Source of the DNA: Nitrospira sp.
GTDB lineage: Bacteria > Nitrospirota > Nitrospiria > Nitrospirales > Nitrospiraceae
Length of the DNA stretch: 64,000 nt
Assembly: GCA_037045225.1 (NCBI GenBank)
Contig: JBAOHZ010000008.1
Location: 282-64,281, forward strand
Reading direction: 5' to 3'
Shown here: piece after piece, positions 49,267 to 60,607 of the stretch
How positions within the stretch are numbered: the first letter of the stretch is position 1
Layout: each line of letters begins with the position of its first letter
Position numbers and translations under genes: made by a program
The notes under the pieces: generated by a model
The model's database searches: none
Seen by the model: only the letters and a program-made list of their open reading frames with translations
What the model was told of the DNA's origin: nothing

Positions 49267-49901
49267 AATCGTGGCGCGTTCAAGGTCTGATCCTTTACCT
49301 CGCGAGTGCGTTGTGCGTCGCCTGTGCGCCGAAGCCGGTTGTTCCATCAGGCGAGTCTCGGATCCCGGTCAATTCAGAGGAAGTGATCAGCCAATACAGG
49401 GAACGGGTAAAGGGTGATCACCGGGATCGAGTGGAGCGAAGTAGCCTCGCACGTCAAGTAGACGCGCTTACGAAACAAGTTCAGGAATTAAAAGCCTACG
49501 TGACACTGTTACAACTTCAACAACAGGAATCGGATAAAGGCCGTGTCCGCCAGGTGCAGCCTGTGGGTGTCGGCAGTCCACCGTTTCTGAGTCAAGCCGC
49601 TGATAAGACGGCCACGAAAGACAAGGCAGTGACGGTATCCCTGCCCGTATTTCCGCTCTCGACGGCGCCAATCAATGCGTCTGTGGTGCCCATGATCGCG
49701 ATGGAAGCGGTTCCCACCGATACATGCGGGCCGCGACCAGGGGCTGCGAATTTCGAGGGGTGGATCGACCTCACCTCCGATTACCTAAATCGTAGCGCTG
49801 ATGGCCGGGCCGACCATGGACCCTGCCGGTCTGTCACACGTGGTAGTGCTCCGAGCTTTGGAACAGGAGTGTGGTGTTCCGGTAGCTGCCAAGCTCAATG
49901 A
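49263..49901 (+). CDS. putative lipoprotein
   Basis: Lipobox-like LASALCVAC followed by a coiled-coil segment. The C-terminal third looks non-protein-like, so a frameshift is possible. Confidence 0.35.
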   Translation: MKSWRVQGLILYLASALCVACAPKPVVPSGESRIPVNSEEVISQYRERVKGDHRDRVERSSLARQVDALTKQVQELKAYVTLLQLQQQESDKGRVRQVQPVGVGSPPFLSQAADKTATKDKAVTVSLPVFPLSTAPINASVVPMIAMEAVPTDTCGPRPGAANFEGWIDLTSDYLNRSADGRADHGPCRSVTRGSAPSFGTGVWCSGSCQAQ

Positions 49902-50117
49902 GGGGCAAGAGATGATCATATACAACAGCAGGGTTGTTTGCCGAGACTCGTGGCTAGACGTTGACGAATACCGAAGGCCAGATGCTCCCGATCGGCGAAT
50001 GCTTCGCCATCCATGCGCCGGCCGCGGGCCGGTGAATAACTCGATGTGTTGACGGTGAGTCATGGCTATCAAACTCGATAGTGTATATGGCCCAAGAGAG
50101 CATCAGGAGAACGTCCG

Positions 50118-51215
50118 ATGAACGAATTGCGGGAGCGAAAGACTCGAGAGAGGGGCAGCGTGAATGAAATTGTTCTACCTGGGGAGGACCCACGAGACAC
50201 CGTACCACCTGAACCGTTCATGAATCAGAGCACAGCCGCCGCCGAATCGTTGCGGCGACGCTTCCTTAAAGCCGACAACAAATTTTACTTTCGTGCTGGC
50301 CATGGTGAAGCCGCGAAAGTGGCATTTTCTGATCATGGGGAACGCCTGACAACGGATCAGAATGATCACACCGTGATCCACGGCATGATGCTCCGGGCCC
50401 AAGAAAAAGGGTGGACCTCCCTCCGAGTGAAAGGGTCGGAAGGATTCAAGGTGGAGGTCTGGATTCAAGCCACCATTGCGAGCATTGAGGTAGAGGGATA
50501 CAACCCGCGTGAGATTGATCGAGCGCGACTGAACGAACGCAAGGGAGAAACACTTACGAAACAACAAAAGAGTTCGTTTGGAGAGAGGGCACCTCGCGAC
50601 CGTTCGACCATTCCTGTTGAAAAAAGTCCGACCACACTGACTGCCTCACAGAATGTGGCAATCACTACTCTTCAGGCTATTTTGCGCGAACGGGGTGACT
50701 CGGCCGCGATGATTGCGGCTGCGGTGGAGGAAGCGACCGCGCGGCTGCACGGCGAACGACTCGTGGTCGGCACAATCGTAGAACATGGCCCTGCTCGGTA
50801 CGGTCATGACGAACAGGCCCCCCAAAGCTATTTCGTCACCGTGGAGACGGCAAAAGGAGAACAAACCGTGTGGGGCGTAAATCTGGCGCGAGCGATTGAG
50901 CGAAGCGACGCCAAAATAGGCCAGGCGGTCGCCCTCATCCAACGAGCGAATGAGAGGGTGACCGTCCAGTCTCCGGTGAAGAACGAGGCCGGGGAGGTAG
51001 TGGGCATGGGGCCCCATGCTGTACGGCGTAATGTGTGGGAAGTCCTCAATCTCCAGACCCTAGGCGTCAAAGCTCGCGACACGATCACGTCCGCCGTGAG
51101 GACGACGACCCATGAACCAGTGGTGCAGGTCTTTGATCGCACGGCGGCCCACACCGATCACGTCCCCAATGAGACGCGAATGCGTGAACAGGAGCGCATC
51201 AGGATAGAACGGTAA
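50118..51215 (+). CDS. conjugative-element protein with an LPD7-like N-terminal domain
   Basis: FYFRAGHGEAAKVAFSDHGERLTTDQNDHTVIHGMMLRAQEKGWTSLRVKGSEGFKVEVW...EVEGYNP resembles the large polyvalent protein-associated domain 7. The family assignment is from memory. Confidence 0.4.
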   Translation: MNELRERKTRERGSVNEIVLPGEDPRDTVPPEPFMNQSTAAAESLRRRFLKADNKFYFRAGHGEAAKVAFSDHGERLTTDQNDHTVIHGMMLRAQEKGWTSLRVKGSEGFKVEVWIQATIASIEVEGYNPREIDRARLNERKGETLTKQQKSSFGERAPRDRSTIPVEKSPTTLTASQNVAITTLQAILRERGDSAAMIAAAVEEATARLHGERLVVGTIVEHGPARYGHDEQAPQSYFVTVETAKGEQTVWGVNLARAIERSDAKIGQAVALIQRANERVTVQSPVKNEAGEVVGMGPHAVRRNVWEVLNLQTLGVKARDTITSAVRTTTHEPVVQVFDRTAAHTDHVPNETRMREQERIRIER

Positions 51216-51221
51216 TCGAGT

Positions 51222-51926
51222 ATGCCTGTCTGGACGTTGCCTCATGTAGAGTTGTCGGACGGTGCGGTGGAAGCCATGAAGTGGCTCGGACTCATTCTGA
51301 TGACGGCGGACCATGTGCAGAAATACGGCATGATGCCGGTCGTGGCGGGGGTTTATGAGGCAGGACGATTGGCCATGCCGCTCTTTGGAATCGTGCTGGC
51401 CTACAACCTTGCTCGAGTTCGGAGCCACGATCCTGCCGTCTACGTCCGAGTACTGACTCGTCTTCTTTTCTGTGGCGTGATCGCATCAGTCCCGTTCATC
51501 GCCTTAGGAGGACTCGGGTTTGGCTGGTGGCCGCTCAACTGCATGGGGACGCTCGCTGTCGCTGTCTGCATCATGTCCGTGATCGAGTCACGTCGGCCGT
51601 TCTGGAAAACCAGAGCGGCGGCGGTGTTTCTTCTGGGTGGCGCCATGGTTGAATTTTGGTGGCCGGGAATCGCGCTCTGTGTAGGCGCATGGTTGTACTG
51701 GAAGCATCCGACTTGGGGGGCGCTCCTATTGTGGCTGGCGGGCACAGCCAGCCTCACGCTGATCAATGGCAATTGGTGGGCCTGCGCGTCGTTTGTGGTC
51801 CTCGCCGGAATGGCCTATGGCGTTACGCTCGAGATTCCGAGAGCATCACGCTTTTTCTATATCTATTATCCCGCACACCTTGCGGTCCTCCTGTTGCTGG
51901 GGTTCAGAATTCAGAACCACTCATGA
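51222..51926 (+). CDS. traX: TraX-family protein (pilin acetylase family)
   Basis: Polytopic membrane protein with MKWLGLILMTADHV near the N-terminus and FFYIYYPAHLAVLLLL near the C-terminus. Confidence 0.7.
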   Translation: MPVWTLPHVELSDGAVEAMKWLGLILMTADHVQKYGMMPVVAGVYEAGRLAMPLFGIVLAYNLARVRSHDPAVYVRVLTRLLFCGVIASVPFIALGGLGFGWWPLNCMGTLAVAVCIMSVIESRRPFWKTRAAAVFLLGGAMVEFWWPGIALCVGAWLYWKHPTWGALLLWLAGTASLTLINGNWWACASFVVLAGMAYGVTLEIPRASRFFYIYYPAHLAVLLLLGFRIQNHS

Positions 51927-52348
51927 AACATTATGGCACGACATCCAGACATCCTATCAATCGACGTTGTAATCGTTGAGCGAAGCGAGCGACATGCTTC
52001 GGCCTCTCGCGTTTCATCGTGCAACTGGGTTCGAACTGGATTCATCGAGTCCAGGATTGGCGGACCCTGCCATGACAATTGTGGCGATTGACTTGGGGCG
52101 CATCCAACTGCGGACTTCCGGACACCAGTTCTGGCACTGCCTCGAGCTTTCAGGTGACCGTCACGCTCGTATTCTCGCACTGGTAGACGGAGAAACCGGT
52201 CTGATATGCGGCAACGACGGACACGTGTGTGAAGGAGTGGCTCGTGCTCGATACAGCGATGCGCGTGAACCATTGAGCACGTCATGATGTGCGATAGCTG
52301 TGAAGGAAGACTGATCCCTTGCCGGTCAAGGACAAGCACAGAGGTCAG

Positions 52349-52738
52349 TCAAGGACGAGGAAGATGAGAAAAGCTACGATACAGCGCATCGACAATCCCC
52401 CAAGCAAATGCGATCGTAGCCAGCAAAAAGCACAGGCCAATGACGAACAGGGGGATAGTGATAAACACGAATTCAAGCAACCTGATCGAGACGTCGTAGA
52501 CGAGGCGAATACCTCTCACGGCGCCGATGCAGATGCGGGCGATCATATAGGACAACCGAGCGACCACGAACACCGCCACGAGCCCGGATCGCACCAGGCT
52601 ATGCCCCGCGCGGATCAGTCCCTGTGTCATCTGCGGCTGCGTACGAACCCAGGTCGAGTGTCGTGGGGCGGCGATGTGTTTCACCACATAATTAGCCTCA
52701 TAGATGTGAATCGTAAACGGGCTGACGGGTCTCTTCAT
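52349..52738 (-). CDS. hypothetical membrane protein
   Basis: Two or three hydrophobic helices. No family was recognised. Confidence 0.3.
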   Translation of the reverse strand: MKRPVSPFTIHIYEANYVVKHIAAPRHSTWVRTQPQMTQGLIRAGHSLVRSGLVAVFVVARLSYMIARICIGAVRGIRLVYDVSIRLLEFVFITIPLFVIGLCFLLATIAFAWGIVDALYRSFSHLPRP

Positions 52739-53110
52739 AAAACCTCCAAAACATATGGCCGTTGCTCTCTCGCCACACGTGGAGAGCGAAGGCCACTATG
52801 ATTGGAGGGTATGCGCCGATGGCCGATGAGTCGAGCGCTCACCGTGACGAGCCCGAGCACGTGCCGGGCTGTGCCGGCACAGCGGCGGCCACGGCGTGGT
52901 GCTCGAACGCGAGGCCATGGCACAGAGACATCAGCCCAGCAGCATACTTGTGTCGTCCTAGGGGTCAGACAATCCAGCAGGCCTCACGTCGTGTGGCGGC
53001 CAATGGTAGAACCGCTCACCGAGCGGGTGCCTCTTGTGGGGCGAGACCGTCGATACAAACCGGCACAGCAGGAGGAAGAAGCAGGGTCAGAAAGGAAAAA
53101 AGGTGAGGAT

Positions 53111-53410
53111 ATGACAATGAAAACGACAAAGACCATGTTGTTGGCATTGGCACTGATGGTATTGGCGCAAACATTGATGACACCGCCAGCCCAGGCGCAA
53201 GTCCTGACAGGCGATCAGCGCCTTGCATGCGAAGCGCTGCTGTGCTTAGCGGCGGGTGCGAATGCCCCACGGGAGTGCTCTAACGCCTTGGCAAAGTATG
53301 CGGCGTTGCAGGCACAGACGGCATTGCAAACACTCGCCTTGCGAAAAAACTTCCTGCAATTGTGTCCGAAGCGTAATGCTCTCGGAGCATGGGAAGGAGA
53401 ACGACGTTGA
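53111..53410 (+). CDS. TrbM-like secreted protein
   Basis: Signal peptide followed by LACEALLCLAAGANAPRECSNALAKY, the Cys pattern I associate with TrbM. RBS AAAGGTGAGG. Confidence 0.45.
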   Translation: MTMKTTKTMLLALALMVLAQTLMTPPAQAQVLTGDQRLACEALLCLAAGANAPRECSNALAKYAALQAQTALQTLALRKNFLQLCPKRNALGAWEGERR

Positions 53411-53493
53411 AGTGCTAACGTGGTGGTGGCGGGAGAGCGTCAAATCTGAGCCATCTCTTGAAGTTCGCGTACAAGCGTTCCAGTTAATATTGT

Positions 53494-53793
53494 TTATACG
53501 TGTAAATGCCTATGAGAGCCACATTCCGATGCCAGATCGCACGATAGGAAGTCGCCCTGCTTCATAGCATCCACTCGACGCCAGCCCTTCCGGGCTAAGC
53601 ACCGGTCAAGTTCCTGTTGCCCAGGCATGGGCCGATCCATTCTCGCTCCCCGAGGAGACAGACATTCATACCGGTCCCAGTGAAGCTCCTCCTGCGTTCC
53701 GCCTGGTTTGGTGTACTGAACTTCAGGAGCGCAGCCCACGAAGCCGAGCACAGCAAGTGATACAAGAAGCTTTCTGCTATGAGCAGTAGCCAT
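53494..53793 (-). CDS. small lipoprotein
   Basis: The lipobox LGFVGC follows a signal peptide. Confidence 0.4.
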   Translation of the reverse strand: MATAHSRKLLVSLAVLGFVGCAPEVQYTKPGGTQEELHWDRYECLSPRGARMDRPMPGQQELDRCLARKGWRRVDAMKQGDFLSCDLASECGSHRHLHV

Positions 53794-53951
53794 GGGTCCT
53801 GCTACAGGATAATGGTCTTCACCGCACGATTGAGAGACTCCATTCTAGCAAGCATCCTGCATACAGGTGGGTAAAATGGCCTCTTGATTTATTTGCCAAC
53901 GATAAAGCCACCAACATACATCAAGTTCGCAGGGAATGCCGCGAGTCTCAC

Positions 53952-54305
53952 CTACCATTCCAGTCCATAATGCTCTTGAAAGACCACCCAGGACGCTACA
54001 CCCAGTAATAAGAATCCTGCAAGATGTTTGGGCTTCAGCCCTTCGCCCAGATACAGCTGGGCGAAGATGATGAACACCGTCAACGTGATCACCTCTTGAA
54101 GAACCTTGAGCTGATAGGCGGAGAGCAGCTGATATCCAATCCGATTCGCGGGCACTTGCAAGCAGTACTCAAAGAATGCCACGCCCCAACTCGCGACAAT
54201 CGCAAGCCACATCGGGTTATTCATAAACCGGAGATGGCCGTACCATGCCAGGGTCATAAATATGTTCGAGCAAACAAGAAGAAGAATGGTGAGGGCATAT
54301 GTCAT
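53952..54305 (-). CDS. DMT-superfamily small membrane protein (DUF486-like)
   Basis: 117 aa, four TM helices, AWYGHLRF motif. Confidence 0.6.
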   Translation of the reverse strand: MTYALTILLLVCSNIFMTLAWYGHLRFMNNPMWLAIVASWGVAFFEYCLQVPANRIGYQLLSAYQLKVLQEVITLTVFIIFAQLYLGEGLKPKHLAGFLLLGVASWVVFQEHYGLEW

Positions 54306-54352
54306 CGCTGTCGTCTCCTGTGTCTGAGAAAGAGGACAAATACGCCAGTAGT

Positions 54353-55615
54353 TTATATGGCAGAGACGCTTGTCATGCCTCTGCGAACACGTTCGGTTTC
54401 CGTCGCGTCTTTCGTCTCGGGCATTGTTACATAAAAGAGACTGAAAGCGGCTAACGCCACGGCGGCGAGCGCCAGAAAGGCCGCATCATAACTCCACAAA
54501 TGCACCACGTAGCCTGCCGCGACATTGCTGAGTGCGGCACCAATACTTTGCGCGGTCGCAATGGCCCCTAGGGCGAGATTGTACCGGCCGGTTCCTTTCG
54601 TGAGATCGGCGACGACCGTCACCCACAGTACTCCAAAAATCCCGGCTCCGATCCCATCCAGGAGCTGAACCAGCACGATAAAGATCGGGTCATGGCTGAA
54701 CACATACAGACATCCGCGAATGGGGAGGATGGCAAACCCGATCAAGAAAATCGGTTTCCGGCCCACGCGGTCGGCGAAAGTGCCGGCCAGGGCCGCGACC
54801 GGAATCATCACGAGTTGCGCCGCAATAATGCAGGCCGACATATACAAAGACGCGCCCGTGGCTTTGCCTTCAGAGAGGAGTTGTCCTGCTAGGGGCAGCA
54901 TCGCCGCATTGGCGAAGTGAAAGAGAGTAACCGCGACCGCAAACACCACTAATTCGCGTCTGGCAAACACCGCTCGGATCCCTGAGACCGCGTCACCCCC
55001 TCTATCCGCTTCTGTGGCCTCCGCTCTGGCCAGCCGGTGATCGATATCTTCTTCCTTGATCAACAATGCGGACACGATGCTGGCCACAGCTATCGCCGCC
55101 ACGAGGTAGAAGATCCACTGTCGACCGAGGAGATAGCCGGCCGAGCCGGCCAAAAGAGCCGCTCCCACATTCCCCGCATGATTAAATGCTTCGTTGCGGC
55201 CCATCCGCCTGGCGAACCGCTTAGGCCCCACCATGCCGAGGGTAATAGTAGCGATGGCGGGAGGAAAGATCGCCGCGGCTACACCGTTGAGCGCCTGGGC
55301 GGCGAGAATAAATCCAAAAGAAGGGAAGACGGTCATCGCGGTGCAACTGATGCCGACCAGGAGTGCCGCCGCGACGACCAGGAGGCGTTTATGTGTGAAC
55401 CAGTCAAGCAGCGCGCCACAGGGGGTCTGCGCGGCCACGGTGGCGACCCCCATGGCCGACATGGCGATCCCAATGCTGGCCGCATCCCAGTGATGCGTCG
55501 CCAACAGATAGATTGCGAGGTACGGGCCCACGCCGTCGCGTACATCGGCCAAGAATACATTGAGATAGTCGAGAGCCCGGAGACTCTGTGCGCTAGCCCC
55601 AATGTTGCTATTCAT
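54353..55615 (-). CDS. MFS transporter
   Basis: 12-TM layout with MFS loop motifs. Confidence 0.75.
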   Translation of the reverse strand: MNSNIGASAQSLRALDYLNVFLADVRDGVGPYLAIYLLATHHWDAASIGIAMSAMGVATVAAQTPCGALLDWFTHKRLLVVAAALLVGISCTAMTVFPSFGFILAAQALNGVAAAIFPPAIATITLGMVGPKRFARRMGRNEAFNHAGNVGAALLAGSAGYLLGRQWIFYLVAAIAVASIVSALLIKEEDIDHRLARAEATEADRGGDAVSGIRAVFARRELVVFAVAVTLFHFANAAMLPLAGQLLSEGKATGASLYMSACIIAAQLVMIPVAALAGTFADRVGRKPIFLIGFAILPIRGCLYVFSHDPIFIVLVQLLDGIGAGIFGVLWVTVVADLTKGTGRYNLALGAIATAQSIGAALSNVAAGYVVHLWSYDAAFLALAAVALAAFSLFYVTMPETKDATETERVRRGMTSVSAI

Positions 55616-55754
55616 TCAATCGTTCCTTTGTCTTACGGTGCTGGGTCTAGGTCAAGCTCTCTCGGAAGTTGCGCACAGGCTTACCAGTATGATCGAGTGA
55701 TCCCTGACTCATCAGGTCGAAAGATTGTAGGACTCTGACCCCTCTGTCCACACG

Positions 55755-55782
55755 CTAGCCGTGGCGCATGCACCACGGCTAG
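55755..55782 (-). terminator. stem-loop after the 55805-56542 gene
   Basis: CTAGCCGTGG-8nt-CCACGGCTAG (10-bp stem) sits 23 nt past the stop. There is no clear U-tract. Confidence 0.35.
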
Positions 55783-55804
55783 TTCGCATCCTGTCAATTG
55801 ATTC

Positions 55805-56542
55805 TCAACGCCGACCACCGGGACCCGGATCGCTCATAAGAGTCATTGGTTTGCCTGGGGCACCAATGGAGCTCGCTTCGATCACTCGCCCATACTCGTT
55901 TTCTACGCCGTATCCAACGACACTGATTGGTTGCCCCACTTGAAGAAGGCTCCTAAGTTGATACGCGGCGTGGGGCGGAACACGAACGATGCTACGATCC
56001 TCAAGCACCGCTCCATTCACTTCACCCCTGGGTCCATAGAGTAGAATGCGCACGATGCCGTCAGCATGCCGTTCGACCATGGACCAGTCCCTGACCGACG
56101 GTGGGAGGAGCGGCCGATCAAGTATGCCAGGCTCTCGATCCATAACGGATCGACCGGTCTGCGTATTCGTAATGACGTTCGCCCGTACGACCGGTCCCCC
56201 TCCGCTCCGATATCCCTGAATGCTCACCGAATCCTCAGGCTTGACCGTGCCCACCAACTCAGTCGCCATGTGCGGTGGGAAATGCACCTGAGTGCCATCA
56301 CTGAGAAGCAGCCCATCCACCTCGCCATGTGGATTCATCATGTACTGGGTCACTGTGCCTTGTATGAGCGGGTTGGGCTGCCCGAATCCCGTAGATGCAC
56401 CGGGAGTTGGAGCCGACGGAGCAGGCACTGGAGTCGGAAGTGGCGGTGGCGTCGGTTGTGCCTGTGCACTGGCGAACGCTAACGCCATGGTCGCAACGAG
56501 CACGGGGCCAGTGAACATGGTGTGCTGCATAATGGGTTTCAT
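55805..56542 (-). CDS. secreted protein with two internal repeats
   Basis: Signal peptide, a Pro-rich linker, then GEVDGLLLSDGTQVHFPPHMATELVGTVKPEDSVSIQGY repeated as GEVNGAVLEDRSIVRVPPHAAYQLRSLLQVGQPISVVGY. Confidence 0.5.
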   Translation of the reverse strand: MKPIMQHTMFTGPVLVATMALAFASAQAQPTPPPLPTPVPAPSAPTPGASTGFGQPNPLIQGTVTQYMMNPHGEVDGLLLSDGTQVHFPPHMATELVGTVKPEDSVSIQGYRSGGGPVVRANVITNTQTGRSVMDREPGILDRPLLPPSVRDWSMVERHADGIVRILLYGPRGEVNGAVLEDRSIVRVPPHAAYQLRSLLQVGQPISVVGYGVENEYGRVIEASSIGAPGKPMTLMSDPGPGGRR

Positions 56543-56590
56543 GGAAAACCTCCTCTAGAATGTAGGTAGCTCTGGAACGCCTGATGCCTT

Positions 56591-56920
56591 CTCAAAAGGT
56601 CCAGTGTGAACCCTTTGTACAGAAGGGACTGAGCAAGTCGCGGACCAAGGCAAGAGCAACGCGACCGCAGAGACATGCAATCCCTGTAAATTGGAAGAGC
56701 CACTGCCGCATGATCATGGAAACCATTGCTGCCAATAGGATTGCGACAGAATCGAGGCACTAGGCTGTACCGCAGGAATGAGGCTACGCCTAGAGACTAT
56801 TTCTTGCGATAAACGAGGCAAGGAACGTGAGTTGAGCAGAATTCCCCCATCAGTGAGGAACTTCCACCCAAGGCTAGCGGGTCAGCCCGTATTGCAGGAT
56901 CTTGTCGAAGAGCTGTCGGC
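56591..56920. repeat. about 330-bp repeat, copy 1 (intergenic region plus the 3' end of the ntrC-like gene)
   Basis: It aligns with 61449-61770 over its whole length, including long identical runs (for example AATTCCCCCATCAGTGAGGAACTTCCACCCA and GTATTGCAGGATCTTGTCGAAGAGCT). Confidence 0.75.
56632..56647 (-). promoter_or_regulatory. sigma-54 (-24/-12) promoter upstream of the 55805-56542 gene
   Basis: Minus strand TGGTCCGCGACTTGCT compared with the consensus TGGCACG-N4-TTGCW, with correct GG/GC spacing. The conserved palindrome CATGATCATG at 56709-56718 is a candidate enhancer site. Confidence 0.55.
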
Positions 56921-58262
56921 GACTGATTCCTAACAGATGCGCGGCCTTGGTACGATTCCACTTCGTTTCTTCTAGAGCTTGGTGGATCACACGTCGTTCA
57001 GTCTCAGCAAGAATCTCCTTGAGAGAGAGAGGGGCGGAGGCGCAGGTGGCTGAGGGGGTTGCGGCCAGCAATGCCGTCGCATACAAATCTTCAGGTAGGA
57101 CTAATCGTCCTCGTGCAATGATCGCTGCACGAGCCAGAACATTCTGCATCTCACGAATATTGCCTGCCCATGGATGTTCGTAAAGCAATGCGAGCGCCTC
57201 GGGCGAAATCGCGAGCTGTGGCCATCGATACTTTCGACCCAATAAACGGATTGTCTGTTCCGCCAGCAGGGGGATGTCGTCGCGACGATCCCGAAGAGGC
57301 GGCAGCAGAATGCTGACCACGTTCAAGCGGTAGTACAGGTCTTGCCGAAATCGATTTAGTCCAACCAAGTCCGCCAAGTCACGGTTGGTGGCGGCGATCA
57401 CCCGGACATCTACCACCACGGTACGATTGCCGCCAACTCGTTCAAACTGATTGAATTGCAGCACGCGCAGCAATTTGGCCTGTAAATCGAGGTGTAACTC
57501 TCCAATCTCATCAAGAAATAGCGTCCCGCCGTGTGCCTGCTCAAATCGGCCCATGCGCGAGCCCACCGCTCCGGTAAACGCTCCACGCTCATGACCGAAC
57601 AACTCGCTCTCCAAAAGGGTGGGGCTCAGCGCTGCACAATTCACCTTGATAAGTGGACCGCCGGCTCGGCTCGAATTCCGATGGAGGGCATTCGCCACAA
57701 GCTCTTTGCCTGTGCCTGTTTCTCCCAAGATCAGTACCGGTTCCTGTGTGCAGGCAACCTTTCCGATGGTCTTAAATATCCCCATCATCGCTGGACTACG
57801 CCCGACCAGTTCCTCTTCAGCTGAGCTGGAAGTGATTCCGTCACTCTCCGCACTTAGTGCCTGGACCTGGGCGACAAGAGCGGATTGCGTCAGGGCTCGT
57901 TTCACGGCAAACAAGACTTCGTCGAGGTCGAAGGGTTTCGTAATGTAGTCATAGGCGCCGAGTTTCATGGCCTCGATCGCGGCCTGGCTCCCCCCCATTG
58001 CCGTAATGACAATTACTGGTACGTCCTCCGTGCGATCCTGATGGTCGCGTAAAATGTCGAGGCCAGATCGGCCCGGCATTTTCAGGTCGAGTAAGACTAA
58101 TGCGATCCTCTCATCCTCCAGCATCGTTGCAGCCTGCAGGCCGTCGGCTGCTTCAATGACGGTATAGCCAGCGGCTTCGAGCAAGACACGGAGATTCGTC
58201 CGGATGAGGGCCTCATCATCTGCGACCCCAATCGTTGTGCGAGGTCTTACGCCGCCGGTCAT
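56874..58262 (-). CDS. sigma-54-dependent response regulator (NtrC/AtoC family)
   Basis: REC domain, AAA+ domain with [15 protein letters not shown] and GAFTGA (ERGAFTGAV), and a C-terminal Fis-type HTH. Confidence 0.9.
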   Translation of the reverse strand: MTGGVRPRTTIGVADDEALIRTNLRVLLEAAGYTVIEAADGLQAATMLEDERIALVLLDLKMPGRSGLDILRDHQDRTEDVPVIVITAMGGSQAAIEAMKLGAYDYITKPFDLDEVLFAVKRALTQSALVAQVQALSAESDGITSSSAEEELVGRSPAMMGIFKTIGKVACTQEPVLILGETGTGKELVANALHRNSSRAGGPLIKVNCAALSPTLLESELFGHERGAFTGAVGSRMGRFEQAHGGTLFLDEIGELHLDLQAKLLRVLQFNQFERVGGNRTVVVDVRVIAATNRDLADLVGLNRFRQDLYYRLNVVSILLPPLRDRRDDIPLLAEQTIRLLGRKYRWPQLAISPEALALLYEHPWAGNIREMQNVLARAAIIARGRLVLPEDLYATALLAATPSATCASAPLSLKEILAETERRVIHQALEETKWNRTKAAHLLGISRRQLFDKILQYGLTR

Positions 58263-59671
58263 TGGTCACTTTCTCGCTTCGCTATTGGCAACACGATTCG
58301 AAAGGTAGCGCCTAAACGCTCTTCCGTCACCAAGTCTATCCGCCCATCATGCTGTTGAATAATTTCCCGGCATAACGCGAGGCCCAGCCCCGTTCCATGA
58401 GATCGGGTCGTAAAGAACGGTTCGAAAAGATGTTTTTGATCTTCAGCTGATACTCCGATTCCAGTATCGGATAGAGAGATTTCGACCACTCGTTCTTCTT
58501 GAAGATAACGACTGCGGCATTTTAGACACCCACCGTCCGGCATCGCCTGTAGCGCATTGGTCGCCAAGTTGAGAAACACTTGCCTGAGCGCCTCGCCAGA
58601 TCCCAAGACAGGGGGTAGTCCGGATTGCAACTGGAGGTCCAGAGCTACCTGCTGCTCGCTCGCCTGTGCCTCCAGCAATGTGAAGGTTGCCTCGAGAATC
58701 TGATTGACATCCACAGATTGCCGCTCGGCACGATCCACCCGTGAAAAATACAAAAGTCGGCTCAGAATGTTGTTCAAACGATCGACCGCCTGGATCACCG
58801 CTTCCATCGACTCATTGGTCTTGGCTGTCTCAGGCATTCGGCCCCAGAGCTGAATGGTCGAACGAATGCCAGCTAACGGGTTTCTAATCTCATGGGCAAC
58901 ACCGGCCAACAATTTGCCAAGTGTAGCCAATTGCTCAGAGCGACGAAGTTCATTGCGTAGTCTGTCCTGCATGATTCGTTGACGCGTGAGTGATCGTACG
59001 AGTGAAATCATGAGCAATAGTGACAATGTCATGCCAACCAGCGCCAGCGTCAAGGACACCTGATAGCGCCGGACTTCAGCATGTAATTGCTCCGGCCCTG
59101 TCAATCGAAACATGACCCAGGTCGTCGCAAGAGCGGGGCGACTGGAGCCAATCGCCTCGGTGACAACAGCCACGCGGCTCGGCCCAACATCGCGGACACT
59201 GAACAACGGCTCTGTCGATGCTTCAGCGAGGCTTTGCCGAGCCTGGACTTGAATATACGGTGCCTCAAGCGGTGGTGGATCGTTTCGGGAAAGTCCTGGA
59301 TGGGGATGGGCGTTGCCGGTCGCATACCCACTGAAGCGGTCAATCGTGCCGGCCAAATAGAATCCCCCTTCTACACCGGGAAAATCCGCCACGACACCTG
59401 TGGCAATCCCGCGCAGGGCCACACCTATTTTTTCAAATGGGTCAGCCCCGCCATGAGCGAGAGATGTGACCATAGGGTCCGCTGACTTGGCCATTCGATG
59501 ACTAGCCTCGCGCAGCACAGTGCGCACGCGGAGTTCCTGCCCTGGCAATAAAGCGCTCGTAAATGCGTTCCATACTAAGACTCCGAGAGATCCAAGAAAT
59601 AGCACGAGCACGAAGGCAACTTGTATCCGCATCCCCAGGGGCCACGACAAGCGCACCGTCTCCCTCCGCAT
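58259..59671 (-). CDS. sensor histidine kinase
   Basis: Two TM helices, H-box [10 protein letters not shown] and an HATPase_c domain. It overlaps the regulator gene by 4 nt. The start is uncertain (59671 or a TTG at 59707). Confidence 0.8.
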   Translation of the reverse strand: MRRETVRLSWPLGMRIQVAFVLVLFLGSLGVLVWNAFTSALLPGQELRVRTVLREASHRMAKSADPMVTSLAHGGADPFEKIGVALRGIATGVVADFPGVEGGFYLAGTIDRFSGYATGNAHPHPGLSRNDPPPLEAPYIQVQARQSLAEASTEPLFSVRDVGPSRVAVVTEAIGSSRPALATTWVMFRLTGPEQLHAEVRRYQVSLTLALVGMTLSLLLMISLVRSLTRQRIMQDRLRNELRRSEQLATLGKLLAGVAHEIRNPLAGIRSTIQLWGRMPETAKTNESMEAVIQAVDRLNNILSRLLYFSRVDRAERQSVDVNQILEATFTLLEAQASEQQVALDLQLQSGLPPVLGSGEALRQVFLNLATNALQAMPDGGCLKCRSRYLQEERVVEISLSDTGIGVSAEDQKHLFEPFFTTRSHGTGLGLALCREIIQQHDGRIDLVTEERLGATFRIVLPIAKRESDQ

Positions 59672-59861
59672 GGCGTATAAGCGCCCAATATTTTGAGTGC
59701 AAGCCAATCAGCGTTCCATGAATTGAACAAGGCAAGATGCATGCGACATCATCGTCCTCAGTTAAAGAAGTGCGCGGGTGGCCAGCATGCGGTGTGCCTG
59801 TGTCAGTAATGTGTCCTTGTCCTTATAGGCCTCTCGGGACTTTCTCGTTGACCGGGAGTGT

Positions 59862-60607
59862 TTACGCTTGTGTCTGTCGCGTCGGCCATCTCTGAACAAG
59901 GAACGCAATGGCGAGGCGTGTGACGATCGACAACGCTGCGCCGAGGAAAACGACAATGACTATATTGCGCTCATCAACTGAGACGCGAGCCGTGCGCGCC
60001 GCCAGGAGCACCCTCTCGGTCTCACTCATCTTCGCGACGATCCTGCGAATCGTATCCATCACCACCTTACCGTTTTCGGCGACGATCATCGATCGAGCTG
60101 CGTCGAACCCCTGAGATGTCGCAGGGCGATGGTCGCACCGAGCTCGTCAAGCTTTTTCTCTAGAGAGGCCTCAAGGGTTGCGACCTGGTCCATCTGATTC
60201 GGACTGTCCGTCACCAGTAGGCGTAACGCCACGAGTGAGCGGGGCACCGTCTGAAGGGCGGACCGATAGGGATCCAAATACGCCGGTTCCCCGGTAATGA
60301 CGAATCCTCGTTGCCCAGTCTCCGCATCCTCAATCACAATAAACAGGTCATTGATGGTTGCAATGACCTGGTAGGTATGCACAACCAGCTCTCTGTTCTC
60401 GCGGAGAATGCCGTTGTATCGATATGAGAGATAACTACCAAATAAAAGGACAACCAGGAATGGAACCATGCTGATGAAGACCACCCGTGTAATGACCCGC
60501 GGGATCCATTGAATCATTGTGTTCGTATCTCCAAAAGGATCGACAATAGGAGAGAACTCCGACAGTAGAGCACAACCCGCACTCAGATGTGTAGAAAGGA
60601 ACGACAT
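59862..60607 (-). pseudogene. CHASE3-domain sensor gene split by a frameshift near 60090-60110
   Basis: ORF 60086-60607 (...HTYQVIATINDLFIVIEDAETGQRGFVITGEPAYLDPY...) stops at LRGSTQLDR*. The CHASE3 continuation QGFDAARSMIVAENGKVVMDTIRRIV...ERVLLAAR is in the next frame (ORF 59862-60089). Confidence 0.6.

Noticed and set aside
51911-52339. Overlapping ORFs 51976-52287(+) and 51911-52339(-) after traX.
   Set aside because: Neither has a recognisable family or a clear RBS. The plus-strand one looks more protein-like, but its codon usage is unremarkable.
56690-56710. A first sigma-54 candidate, TGGCTCTTCCAATTTACA (copy 2: TGACTCTTCCAATTTGCA).
   Set aside because: The GG-to-GC spacing is 2 nt too long, and copy 2 lacks the GG. 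The properly spaced TGGTCCGCGACTTGCT further downstream is preferred.
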